Below are positions 40,100-49,335 of a DNA stretch of 64,000 bases, piece after piece. Source of the DNA: Flammeovirgaceae bacterium BBD 1991-12 (GTDB lineage: Bacteria > Bacteroidota > Bacteroidia > Cytophagales > Cyclobacteriaceae); the NCBI GenBank assembly GCA_001657315.1, contig LYSV01000022.1, positions 1,309-65,308 on the forward strand. The letters are read 5' to 3'. Within the stretch, counting starts at the first letter, position 1. Each line of letters begins with the position of its first letter. Under the pieces are notes generated by a model. The model was not told the origin of the DNA. It ran no database searches and saw nothing but the letters and a program-made list of their open reading frames with translations. The position numbers and the translations under genes were made by a program.

Positions 40100-40172
40100 A
40101 GCCCTGTAGCTCAATTGGATAGAGCCGACCTAACGAAAGGTCAGGTTCCGGGTTCGAATCCCGGTGAGGCTT
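40100..40172 (+). tRNA. tRNA-like element with non-canonical anticodon arm (possible tRNA pseudogene, Arg-like D arm)
   Basis: It has a canonical D arm (GCTC AATTGGATA GAGC) and T arm (CCGGG TTCGAAT CCCGG). The anticodon arm folds as GACCT/AGGTC with a 6-nt loop AACGAA, or as 4 bp with an 8-nt loop. The acceptor stem has one C-A mismatch and two G-U pairs. Confidence 0.5.
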
Positions 40173-40202
40173 TTTGAAAATTTTTATTAAGACTGTTTTA
40201 AT

Positions 40203-40487
40203 ATGTTCGAGTATGATCATAGTCGGTTAAGCTTAAACGAATTACATAAAAAAGGAATTAGAACTATCAGAGAACTTGAAGAAGTAGTTGAAGGATATTC
40301 ATTTGCTGAAGAATTTTTCTTTGAGGAACTAGGGTACAAAGTGATTCGTTTTACGGGCTTTACCAGGAATTCAAAGGCTCTTAAAATTGCATGTAAAATC
40401 GGAGTTGATGGAAAACTCATCACCCTAGACGCCCGTATACCTACAGTGGAGGAAATAATAGAGGACTTTTGTAAAAAGTGCCAATAA
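40203..40487 (+). CDS. hypothetical protein (94 aa), AT-rich
   Basis: A clean ORF with an ATG start in the AT-rich block next to the cas operon. I could not recognise a family. Confidence 0.5.
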   Translation: MFEYDHSRLSLNELHKKGIRTIRELEEVVEGYSFAEEFFFEELGYKVIRFTGFTRNSKALKIACKIGVDGKLITLDARIPTVEEIIEDFCKKCQ

Positions 40488-40535
40488 TATTTACCAAAGA
40501 TTTTCTGCCCGGTAAATAATTGATATATTTCGAGT

Positions 40536-40700
40536 ATGAAAGGTGTAAAATCTGAAAATAAACATGCCAGCTCCAACCCTTTCCTTGGTGACAAGGCCGA
40601 TGAACTTTGGGAAAAGCTGGATAAGAAGGGCAAGCCAGTCACCAAAGAGCAGCTTCTTAATGAACTAAGGGAGGCGAGATCAAAACATACCAAACTATAG
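40536..40700 (+). CDS. hypothetical small protein (54 aa)
   Basis: An ATG-to-TAG ORF translated by hand (MKGVKSENKHASSNPFLGDKADELWEKLDKKGKPVTKEQLLNELREARSKHTKL). It is below the track length cutoff. It is charged and helical-looking, and no family was recognised. Confidence 0.3.
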   Translation: MKGVKSENKHASSNPFLGDKADELWEKLDKKGKPVTKEQLLNELREARSKHTKL

Positions 40701-41172
40701 CTGGCATCCATACATACCTTTCCCATCCGTGTGCATGCTTTTTTCTTAAAATGTAAGTTCAACGAACAAAGGTTATCTTCTGTATGAATACCGATAGATC
40801 CAAACCACCTGTCACCTACTTCCACATCACCCACACCACCAACTCCATCGAATCCTTCGACGCTAAGGAATTCCGTAAAAGAATAGAAACATCCCGCAGG
40901 GAAAAGCGATCTTCCGGAAAGAAATAGCAACGCGTTTTGATAAAGAGAGAGTGAATGATTTTCTGCCACCGCTGTCACTCTGTAAGCGACCAAAGACAGG
41001 AGAGAAGTAGTGTGCTGGTGCATAAGCCTCAATTCGGGACATGCTACGGATATTATCCGGGGGGAAGCAATTGTCAAATTTCTGTTAATCAGAAAGTTAG
41101 TATATATGACGGATATTCACAACCGTCACAGGGACAATTTGATATGAAAGATATCGGGCCTGTTAAGTAGAT

Positions 41173-41952
41173 CTACCCGACCATCTTTCCCATGATCTCC
41201 TTTAGCATTTTTGCGGCCAGCGCTCCTGTGATCCCTTGCACGTCCCGCTCCGGATTATACTCTACGATGTCCGTGCCGATGATCTCCGCATCCAGACCAT
41301 GGATCAGTTCGATCACCTGCCGTGAGGTGAAGCCACCCGGCTCGTGGTGTGATACGCCGGGAGCATAGGCCGGATCAAAGCAGTCCATGTCCAGCGAAAT
41401 ATAAAGCGGGCGAGGCCACTCAGGAAGAGCCTCGAGCCGGTAATCCTTCATTTCATGTACCTCTACCCCAAACCTTTCAGCCTGTTCCTTCTGGTGTGTG
41501 GTCATGGTCCTTATCCCTGCCTGTACCAGCCGGCTGACGTGACCACCTTCCATAATTCGGGCAAAGGGACAGGCATGGGAGTACTTGTCCCCTTCAAATT
41601 CATCATAAAGATCACCATGGGCGTCAATCTGTAACAGGTCAAACGGACCATGCACCTGGTTATATGCTTTAATGATAGGGTAGGTGATGGAATGATCGCC
41701 GCCCAGTGTGATCAACCGTGCGCCGTCCCGGATATGTCTGGAGGTGATCCTTTCTGTTTCGAAATAATCGGCCGGCACAAAGTCGCCCATATCCTTCAGG
41801 TCCAGTGAATCGATGTCCAGACCGGTTTCTGTGAACGAGTTGGAGGAGTCGGAATAAAGATAGTCTCTTATCAAGGGTGGAGCCTTGCTCGCTCCTTTCA
41901 GAAATGAGGATTTTTCATCATAGCAGATGCCCTGTAGAAGAATGGTTTTCAT
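41173..41952 (-). CDS. speB: agmatinase / arginase-family ureohydrolase
   Basis: It has the Mn-binding motifs GGDHSITYP, DAHGDL and SLDMDCFDPAYAPGVSHHEPGG. The ATG at 41952 is preferred over the TTG at 41964. Confidence 0.9.
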   Translation of the reverse strand: MKTILLQGICYDEKSSFLKGASKAPPLIRDYLYSDSSNSFTETGLDIDSLDLKDMGDFVPADYFETERITSRHIRDGARLITLGGDHSITYPIIKAYNQVHGPFDLLQIDAHGDLYDEFEGDKYSHACPFARIMEGGHVSRLVQAGIRTMTTHQKEQAERFGVEVHEMKDYRLEALPEWPRPLYISLDMDCFDPAYAPGVSHHEPGGFTSRQVIELIHGLDAEIIGTDIVEYNPERDVQGITGALAAKMLKEIMGKMVG

Positions 41953-41994
41953 GGGAAGTATCAATATTTACTAGTATTCAATGTAATTATCCTG

Positions 41995-42804
41995 CTACAT
42001 TAAAGCATCAAGTTTTTTTCTGATCGCCTCATTCATGACCTGTCTGGTATGCGGGTCGTTTTCATGGAGTCTGTTCTTATAGGTCAGCAACCCCTTCTGA
42101 TCCGCAATGAAAATATTAAGCATTCCTATTATTTCTACCCATGGGCTCAGAACATGAAATTTAGAACTTATGAGTGGGACATGACTATCCGGCACGGATG
42201 CCTTAAACTCCCTTAGCTCATAAGGGAATTCGGATGAGATTACCATAAACCTGATCTGGTGGTCTTTTGCAATGGTCTCCAACATATCGAAAACCTTCCT
42301 GAAATCTGAATTTTTAGTGCTGCCCAGTAAAAACAGCGTAACTGTGCCTGTCAGGCTTTTGTCGGAGTATTCATTTCCTTCAATGTCCTTAAGTATAAAG
42401 GAAGGATAGGGTGTATTCATGATCTGCGGAGCTACACGATACAGTTGAGCGAAGATCCCGGTGTCTTTCAGATGACCGTCATAGGTGAATTCGAGATAAG
42501 CAACGGAGTGCTTTTCAACTTCAAACGAAAAGTACCCGTTATGTCGCTGATACAGGATCGGTGTGTCGTGCCTGCGTTTGATCCTGAACCCGAGCTCATT
42601 GGCATTGATCTTATGATCAAAGATCAATACATAGTAACCTTCTGTAAGCGTGTACTGAAATTCCTTTTTTTCCTGGAATTTAGAATAATAGATCCGGCCG
42701 AACTGCTGGAGTGTGTCAGGAGAATTGTTTATGAGATCCTGGGCATTGAGCTGGGTAGCAAACGTCGCCGGAAAAATCAACAGGGGGACGAAGAATTTGG
42801 TCAT
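41995..42804 (-). CDS. hypothetical secreted protein with thioredoxin-fold-like C-terminal half lacking CxxC
   Basis: The ATG at 42804 (MTKFFVPLLIFPATFATQLNAQ) gives a signal peptide. The C-terminal region resembles the TlpA/redoxin layout (FILKDIEGNEY..VTLFLLGST) but has no active-site cysteines. Confidence 0.55.
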   Translation of the reverse strand: MTKFFVPLLIFPATFATQLNAQDLINNSPDTLQQFGRIYYSKFQEKKEFQYTLTEGYYVLIFDHKINANELGFRIKRRHDTPILYQRHNGYFSFEVEKHSVAYLEFTYDGHLKDTGIFAQLYRVAPQIMNTPYPSFILKDIEGNEYSDKSLTGTVTLFLLGSTKNSDFRKVFDMLETIAKDHQIRFMVISSEFPYELREFKASVPDSHVPLISSKFHVLSPWVEIIGMLNIFIADQKGLLTYKNRLHENDPHTRQVMNEAIRKKLDALM

Positions 42805-43082
42805 GGTTTTATGGTTTACAGATGTGGTATCCCTTGTAGAGTCTTTGTCCACTCCGGTGTCCTGGTGGCATAAAAAACCCTTTGCAGTGTTGCCACAAAG
42901 CCCCGAAGACACTAAGGCGCTCAAAGTATGGTTTCATAACTTATCAGCAAAGACGTAATATTTCAGGTGATAAAATCAATAATTCATAAGATGATCAAGA
43001 ACGCTCAAACCATAAACAAACACCCATTTAAACCCAAAACAGATAACACGAAACACTCAAAACAATCAACCACCAACCAATC

Positions 43083-46000
43083 CTACATCCCCACCTTCTC
43101 TTCTTCCTTTTTCCTCCTGGGAGCAATGTACTCTATACCCTTGTCCCGTAGTATTTTGTTAAATGAAGGTATATCCTCGTTCAGGATGCGATCCACTTCC
43201 TTTTTATGGTGTTTCCATTCTTCCTGAAGGTTATCAAAAAGCTCTTTTTCTCCATGAGTCAGCGGTGGTATGCCTCCATCTATGGTTTGCATGAGCTGAT
43301 ACAACTGGATGTCCAGTTGATTTCGAAAGTTGATAATGTCCTGGAAGGTTTCCTGTTTTGGAGATATCAGTTCCTTTTCCACATCATCCACTTTTTGGTT
43401 GATCTCCTTTCCCATTTCTTCAATTTCCGTATCTCCCTGCTCACGTTCCATCATCTGTCCCACCTGCTGCCTGACCTGCTGCAGTTGTTTCAGCGATTCG
43501 TACAGTTCCTCCAGATTCTGATAGATCCCTTCCAACATATCCTGGCGGGCACTTATTTCGGTGGCAGATACTTTATCACGCGGGTCGGGGATCACTTCAA
43601 AGTTCTGAACCTGAGTATGATCTCCATAGGTAAGCTTTACAGAATAGTTTCCCGGACCTATGTGATGACCCTGCATGCCTGAGTTGGCAAAAGAAGGTAC
43701 AAAGACACCCTCAGCGGGCTCTATATTGCCACGTCTGAGATCCCACCGGGCTACATTCATCCCTTCCTTCTTTTCGATCTTGTCACGGGCATTCTCCACA
43801 TTGCTCGAAAGGGTGCGCAACACGTCTCCCTCTCCATTCGTGATCTCCAGCTTTACTTCTACACTGTCTTCTTCCACTACCTTTCGAAGGTAGTATTTAA
43901 TGCTGGCTCCGGGGAATGGATTTTTTCCTGCATTGGTAATGGGTATGTCAAACCAGGGCGCGCCGGTTTTCACTACTTTCGCCGGCTTGTACAGGAACGC
44001 TTCTGCATTTTTCATTTCATCACTCAGCTGATGCAGGGGACTGAGGTCATCCAGTATCCAGAAGGCCCGGCCAGAGGTAGCCGCCAGCAGATCATTTTTG
44101 TGCACCATGATATCCGTAACCGGCGACTTCGGCAGGTTCAGCTGAAAGGGTGACCACCTAACACCTCCGTCAAAGCTGATGTAGACACCCAATTCCGTAG
44201 CCGCATACAGTAAGTCATTCCGGGCCGGGTCTTCCCTGACTGCCCTCACAAAAGCCCGCTCTTCTATGCCGTTGACTATCAGTGTCCATGAAGTGCCGTA
44301 ATTGATACTTTTATAGATGTAGGGTTTGAAATCATTGAATTTGTATTTCATTACGGTGGCGTAGACAGTTGCCGGGTCATGTGGAGAAACCTCTATGGAA
44401 TTAATGATGCCTTCCCCCGCTGGAGTGATATTCTGCCAGCTCTTACCTCCGTCACGTGTGATGTGCAGATAACCGTCATCTGCACCGGCATAGAGTACAT
44501 TTGCATCATGTGGGGATTCCGCAAGCGCCATCAACGTATGGTAGGTTTCTCCTCCTGCAGCTTCATTGGTAATAGGGCCACCCATCAGCCCGAGTTTTGA
44601 AGTGTCATTGCGGGTAAGGTCCGGTGAAATATCCTCCCACCGCAAAGCACGGTTCATGGATTTGTGTACTACGTTGCTGCCATAGTAGATCACATTGGGA
44701 TTGTGCTTTGATACGATTACCGGTGGATTCCAGTTGTACCGGTATTTCATTTCATCGGATGGCTCTCCAAGGTCAAAAACAGGGTAGGGCTTTACCGGTT
44801 TGGACTTGCCTGTTTCCATGTTATACTCATCAATGAAACCGGTAATGTTGGAAGAGTAGATGTATTTTGGATCATCCGGATCGAAGGCAATGTGTGCTGC
44901 TTCGCCGCCCCCTACATTGGCCACCCAGTCCTTCCAGCCGATGGTCATACCATCCGTCCGGCTGGGAACAGCCAGGGTGGAATTATCCTGCTGTCCCGCA
45001 TACAGCCAGTATGGGAATCGGTTATCGGCGTTCACCCGATAAAACTGAGCCGTAGGCTGGTTTTGCTGAGTAGACCAGCTTTTGCCTCCGTTGAAGCTGA
45101 TATTAGCTCCCCCGTCGTTGGAATTGATCATATTGGCGGGATTTTCGGGATTTATCCATAGGTCATGATTATCGCCATGGGGTACGGCCACCGGTGTGAA
45201 GGTCTTGCCGCCGTCAATAGATCTCATAAAAGGAGCATTCAGCACATAAACCACATCCTGATTTTTTGGATCTGCAAATACATGCATATAGTACCACGAC
45301 CGGGTGCGAAGTACCCGTTCCTCGTTAAGCAGGATCCACTTTTCACCGGCATCATCTGATCGGTATAGTCCCCCCTCTTCTGATTCAATGATGGCAAATA
45401 TACGGTCGGGATTGGCACGGCTTACAGTGATCCCTATTTTGCCCATTAACTTTTTCGGCAGCCCCTCCGTCAGCTCCTGCCATGTGTCTCCTCCATCCGT
45501 GGTTTTCCAGATCCCGCTACCCGGACCGCCGCTTCGTATAAACCAGGGTTTCCGCTGATGGTCCCAGTAGGCGGCGTAAAGTATTCTGGGGTTATGCATG
45601 TCCATAGCCAGACTGCTGACACCACTGTTGTTGTCAACGAAATGCACCTTTTTCCATGTGGCGCCACCGTCCGTAGAGCGGTACACGCCGCGTTCGTCCG
45701 TGGGAGCATATGGACTTCCCTGGGCAGCAACATAGACCATGTCAGGATCCTTTGGGTGTACTCTTATCTCCGAGATCTGGGAAGTGCTGTCAAGGCCTGT
45801 GTGTTTCCATGTTTTGCCCGCGTCGGTCGATTTGTAGACTCCGTCTCCATGGGAGGTCATAACTCCACGGATACAGGCCTCGCCAGTTCCCACATAGATC
45901 ACGTTGGGGTCTGATTCCGATACCGTAATAGCACCTATGGAGGTTGCATTGAAAAATCCGTCGGAAATATTCTTCCAGTTAATTCCTGCATCCTTTGTTT

Positions 46001-46232
46001 TCCAAACCCCGCCTCCGACGGAGCCAAAATAGTATGTCATGGGGTCGCCGGCCACCCCTGTAGATGTGGTGGACCTTCCTCCCCGGAATGGGCCTATGTT
46101 ACGCCATGTCATGGCATTGTACAGCTTCTCATTGTAGATGACTCCAGCTTCAGCCCGGTTCTTCTTTTTTTGTGCATGCAGGGAGAAGGAAACGGATATG
46201 ATGACTGGCAGTAAGTAATGATTGATTTTCAT
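43083..46232 (-). CDS. secreted sortilin/VPS10-like BNR (Asp-box) repeat protein
   Basis: 1049 aa with a signal peptide and many Asp-boxes (TKDAGINW, STDAGKTW, STDGGATW, TTDGGDTW, SIDGGKTF, TRDGGKSW). It has the same architecture as 4575-7859. Confidence 0.85.
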   Translation of the reverse strand: MKINHYLLPVIISVSFSLHAQKKKNRAEAGVIYNEKLYNAMTWRNIGPFRGGRSTTSTGVAGDPMTYYFGSVGGGVWKTKDAGINWKNISDGFFNATSIGAITVSESDPNVIYVGTGEACIRGVMTSHGDGVYKSTDAGKTWKHTGLDSTSQISEIRVHPKDPDMVYVAAQGSPYAPTDERGVYRSTDGGATWKKVHFVDNNSGVSSLAMDMHNPRILYAAYWDHQRKPWFIRSGGPGSGIWKTTDGGDTWQELTEGLPKKLMGKIGITVSRANPDRIFAIIESEEGGLYRSDDAGEKWILLNEERVLRTRSWYYMHVFADPKNQDVVYVLNAPFMRSIDGGKTFTPVAVPHGDNHDLWINPENPANMINSNDGGANISFNGGKSWSTQQNQPTAQFYRVNADNRFPYWLYAGQQDNSTLAVPSRTDGMTIGWKDWVANVGGGEAAHIAFDPDDPKYIYSSNITGFIDEYNMETGKSKPVKPYPVFDLGEPSDEMKYRYNWNPPVIVSKHNPNVIYYGSNVVHKSMNRALRWEDISPDLTRNDTSKLGLMGGPITNEAAGGETYHTLMALAESPHDANVLYAGADDGYLHITRDGGKSWQNITPAGEGIINSIEVSPHDPATVYATVMKYKFNDFKPYIYKSINYGTSWTLIVNGIEERAFVRAVREDPARNDLLYAATELGVYISFDGGVRWSPFQLNLPKSPVTDIMVHKNDLLAATSGRAFWILDDLSPLHQLSDEMKNAEAFLYKPAKVVKTGAPWFDIPITNAGKNPFPGASIKYYLRKVVEEDSVEVKLEITNGEGDVLRTLSSNVENARDKIEKKEGMNVARWDLRRGNIEPAEGVFVPSFANSGMQGHHIGPGNYSVKLTYGDHTQVQNFEVIPDPRDKVSATEISARQDMLEGIYQNLEELYESLKQLQQVRQQVGQMMEREQGDTEIEEMGKEINQKVDDVEKELISPKQETFQDIINFRNQLDIQLYQLMQTIDGGIPPLTHGEKELFDNLQEEWKHHKKEVDRILNEDIPSFNKILRDKGIEYIAPRRKKEEEKVGM

Positions 46233-46336
46233 GATTTGAACAGTTGGTTAAGGAATTTTTAATGACTTATCCGCTTGCTGTGTAACAAACGAAGAATGAA
46301 AGCAGTCTTTTCCAAAACTCATTCAAGACCTAATCA

Positions 46337-46528
46337 ATGATAAGAAAATTCGCGATCTCCCTCGGTACCGCTCTTATAAATATCCGCTCCAATCTCCACG
46401 CTGCCTACACACTAAATACTCTGCTGATCATATCCATTGTAACGCTGCTGACCGGTGTCATTTTGGGGACCTCGCCCGCATTAAGGGCGTCTCGCCTCGA
46501 TCCTGTAGAGGCGATCCGCAAGGAGTAG
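46337..46528 (+). pseudogene. 3'-terminal remnant of an FtsX/MacB-type ABC permease gene
   Basis: The 63-aa ORF encodes only a last TM helix plus the family's characteristic C-terminus (GTSPALRASRLDPVEAIRKE). Compare the full-length genes at 59891 and 62284, which are ~790 aa. Confidence 0.6.
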
Positions 46529-46552
46529 CTCTTACCACATGATGCTCTGCCC

Positions 46553-47011
46553 CTATGCCGAGCTTAATATGTTCTCATGCTCTTCTGCAAATTTTTTGAA
46601 GGAATCGAGGTAGATCTGAGATTGCTTTTTAAAGGCACCGGGCATGAGCGTTCCCATAAGCTTCATCATAAGCCCGCTGAACCTGAACTCATTGTCCGAT
46701 ATCCATTTCGTTCTGTCCTCTCCTTCTGACCGGAACAGATTCTTTTGGATGTTCATAACCCCCTTTGTCTCGTAGGTAGCCGAAAATTCCTTCGGCAGGT
46801 CGTGGGCTGTGATCGTTTCGACCATTTCGATCTCCCGTTTGCCCATCAGATAGCGCAACCGGGTTTTGGAGCCGCTCTGCCCGGGTTTGCCGCTAATGTG
46901 CTCAATGCTTTGCAGGCCCGGCTGCCAGTGTTTGAGATAGTCCCGGTTGTCAAACAATCCGATGACCTTGTCAATCGGCTGATTGATCCTGATTTCCAGT
47001 GAGTATTTCAT
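46553..47011 (-). CDS. SRPBCC (START/AHSA1/polyketide-cyclase-like) family protein
   Basis: 152 aa. The N-terminus (IRINQPIDKVIGLFDN..) and the size are typical of SRPBCC proteins. Confidence 0.75.
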   Translation of the reverse strand: MKYSLEIRINQPIDKVIGLFDNRDYLKHWQPGLQSIEHISGKPGQSGSKTRLRYLMGKREIEMVETITAHDLPKEFSATYETKGVMNIQKNLFRSEGEDRTKWISDNEFRFSGLMMKLMGTLMPGAFKKQSQIYLDSFKKFAEEHENILSSA

Positions 47012-47109
47012 GTTGTTTTTGAGTTTTCATAATCAAGATAATAAATTATGTCAATTTAATAACTGCTCAGGATGAATCCGGTGGTGTTAACAGCTCTTGA
47101 ATTTTGAAC

Positions 47110-47211
47110 AGTCGTGGCACCACTGCTATCCGGACAATAAAAGATAAAAGTGCTTCATTACCCTAAAATGATAATGGTCCACCGGACTCCTTGAGAAGTG
47201 GTGCCACGACT
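47110..47211. repeat. MITE-like element B (102 bp), inverted relative to element A
   Basis: It has the same perfect 15-bp terminal inverted repeats (AGTCGTGGCACCACT ... AGTGGTGCCACGACT). Its core is the reverse complement of the core of 25294-25487. Confidence 0.6.
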
Positions 47212-47286
47212 AAACCCAGGCATGACATGAAACACCAGTGACACATGGGCTCCCGGCCAAAACACAAGCAGGAAACAAAAAACCAT

Positions 47287-47757
47287 CTACAGATCCATAT
47301 TGGGAATAGCTGTGCTGAATTTTACTTCTTTCAGTACAAATGAGCTCCTGATCTCACCAACATGGGGTATGGAAGCGATCTTATCCGAATAGAACTGATG
47401 ATAGGAATCCAGGTCTCGCGCGATCACCTTCAGCAGGAAGTCACGGTCCCCACCCAGCAGATAGCATTCCAGCACCTCGGGGACTTCCATAACCGCATCA
47501 TAAAACTCCTGGGTCTGTTCGAATTTACTCACCTTAAGTGACCCGGTGAGAAACACAATGATGGATGTGGTGATCTTTTGCCGGTCAACAAGGGCTACAT
47601 ATTTCGAAATCACACCGTCATTTTCCAAGCGTCTGATACGTTCGTAGATAGGTGTTTTGGTAAGGTTAAGCTTCTGGGCAATGGCATTGATATTGAGTTT
47701 TGCGTCCTGTTGCAGAAGCGCCAGGATCTTATGGTCTATGGTATCCAGATTGTTCAT
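47287..47757 (-). CDS. Lrp/AsnC family transcriptional regulator
   Basis: 156 aa with an N-terminal HTH (LDTIDHKILALLQQDAKLNINAIAQKLNLTKTPIYERIRRLE) and a C-terminal RAM/AsnC_trans_reg domain. Confidence 0.9.
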   Translation of the reverse strand: MNNLDTIDHKILALLQQDAKLNINAIAQKLNLTKTPIYERIRRLENDGVISKYVALVDRQKITTSIIVFLTGSLKVSKFEQTQEFYDAVMEVPEVLECYLLGGDRDFLLKVIARDLDSYHQFYSDKIASIPHVGEIRSSFVLKEVKFSTAIPNMDL

Positions 47758-47927
47758 GGGAAAAATTCCTGTTTTATTGGATCAGCTGAACGCAAATTAG
47801 GAAAATAGTCTAACATTTTTCATAATACAGGAATTAATACCAAATTATGATCAGATTTAAGATTATTGAACCATATCTATTAACTTTGTGGTTTCTCTTT
47901 GAAAATCAAAAAATAATTTTTTATACC

Positions 47928-49229
47928 ATGATTGAAGAAAAACTAAAGTACAAGGTCAAGGACATTTCTTTGGCTGAGTGGGGAAGAAAAGAGATCAAAC
48001 TGGCGGAAGCAGAGATGCCCGGCCTTATGGCTATCCGTGAGGAGTACAGGGATCAGCAGCCTCTCAAGGGAGCGCGTATTGCCGGTTGCCTTCACATGAC
48101 CATCCAGACTGCTGTGCTGATCGAGACGCTGGTGGAGCTGGGCGCACAGGTTACATGGTCGTCATGTAATATCTTTTCTACGCAGGATCATGCGGCCGCG
48201 GCCATTGCCGCTGCAGGTATTCCGGTTTATGCATGGAAAGGTATGACCGAAGAAGAATTTGACTGGTGTATCGAGCAGACCCTGGTCTTTGAAGATGGCC
48301 AGCCTCTGAATATGATCCTTGACGACGGCGGTGATCTTACCAACATGGTATTTGACAAGTACCCGCAATATGTGAATGGTATTAAAGGGCTTTCAGAAGA
48401 AACTACTACCGGTGTATTGCGTCTTGTGGAAAGAGAAAAGAACGGTACGCTGGTAATGCCTGCCATCAACGTGAATGATTCCGTAACCAAGTCAAAATTC
48501 GACAACAAATACGGCTGCAAGGAATCCCTTGTGGACGCTATCAGAAGAGCTACTGACGTGATGATGGCAGGTAAAGTAGCTGTTGTGGGTGGTTATGGCG
48601 ATGTAGGTAAAGGATCAGCTGCCTCCCTCAGGGGTGCAGGTGCACGGGTGATCGTTACCGAAATTGACCCTATCTGTGCGCTTCAGGCCGCCATGGATGG
48701 TTTTGAGGTCAAGAAAATGGATGATGCCGTTAAGGAGGCAGACATTGTGGTTACGGCTACCGGTAATAAGGATATTGTCGTAGGCCGTCATTTTGAAAGT
48801 ATGAAGGACAAGGCTATCGTCTGCAACATAGGTCACTTTGATAATGAGATCGACGTGGCATGGCTGAATGGCAACGCTGAAAAAGAGGAGATCAAGCCTC
48901 AGGTAGACAAATACACCCTGTCCAATGGTAGGGATGTGATCCTTCTCGCAGAGGGTAGACTGGTGAACCTTGGTTGTGCTACAGGCCATCCTTCTTTTGT
49001 GATGTCCAATTCATTCACCAATCAGACCCTGGCGCAAATAGAGCTTTGGAATAATTCGGATAACTACGAAAACAAGCTATATACACTGCCCAAGCATCTT
49101 GATGAGAAAGTGGCAGCGCTTCACCTGGGCAAAATTGGTGTGGAACTGGAAGTTCTGACGCCGGAGCAGGCACAGTATATTGGTGTAGAAGTGAATGGTC
49201 CTTTCAAGGCAGATACTTACCGGTATTAA
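47928..49229 (+). CDS. ahcY: adenosylhomocysteinase
   Basis: The ATG at 47928 ([23 protein letters not shown]) fits the canonical N-terminus. It has the NAD-binding GYGDVGKG motif and a C-terminal ADTYRY. Confidence 0.97.
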   Translation: MIEEKLKYKVKDISLAEWGRKEIKLAEAEMPGLMAIREEYRDQQPLKGARIAGCLHMTIQTAVLIETLVELGAQVTWSSCNIFSTQDHAAAAIAAAGIPVYAWKGMTEEEFDWCIEQTLVFEDGQPLNMILDDGGDLTNMVFDKYPQYVNGIKGLSEETTTGVLRLVEREKNGTLVMPAINVNDSVTKSKFDNKYGCKESLVDAIRRATDVMMAGKVAVVGGYGDVGKGSAASLRGAGARVIVTEIDPICALQAAMDGFEVKKMDDAVKEADIVVTATGNKDIVVGRHFESMKDKAIVCNIGHFDNEIDVAWLNGNAEKEEIKPQVDKYTLSNGRDVILLAEGRLVNLGCATGHPSFVMSNSFTNQTLAQIELWNNSDNYENKLYTLPKHLDEKVAALHLGKIGVELEVLTPEQAQYIGVEVNGPFKADTYRY

Positions 49230-49251
49230 GGATCAGAAATATATTGAATTG

Positions 49252-49288
49252 GAAATGCCATCCAAAACAGGGTGGCATTTCTGTTTTA
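49252..49288. terminator. bidirectional rho-independent terminator between ahcY and crcB
   Basis: A ~12-bp stem, GAAATGCCATCC / GGGTGGCATTTC, with loop AAAACA and T-rich flanks. It lies between convergent genes. Confidence 0.6.
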
Positions 49289-49335
49289 TGGCGGTTTGTC
49301 TGCAAGCAGAATCCCGACTACAAAGACTGGACAGA

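Noticed and set aside
40217-41077. 286-aa minus-strand ORF covering the region downstream of the tRNA-like element
   Set aside because: It is Ser/Leu/Phe-rich low-complexity sequence running antisense to several cleaner + strand ORFs and crossing the GC break. It is most likely a spurious open frame.
25294-47211. Interpreting the MITE-bracketed 21.6-kb segment as a composite transposon or genomic island carrying CRISPR-Cas
   Set aside because: There is no transposase, integrase or target-site duplication visible at the ends, and most enclosed genes have chromosome-like composition. It is kept only as a lower-confidence rearrangement hypothesis in the findings.
47758-47927. Possible SAH riboswitch upstream of ahcY
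   Set aside because: The leader is AT-rich with no GC-rich pseudoknot-forming segments typical of SAH riboswitches. An Infernal search would be decisive, but nothing is visible by eye.
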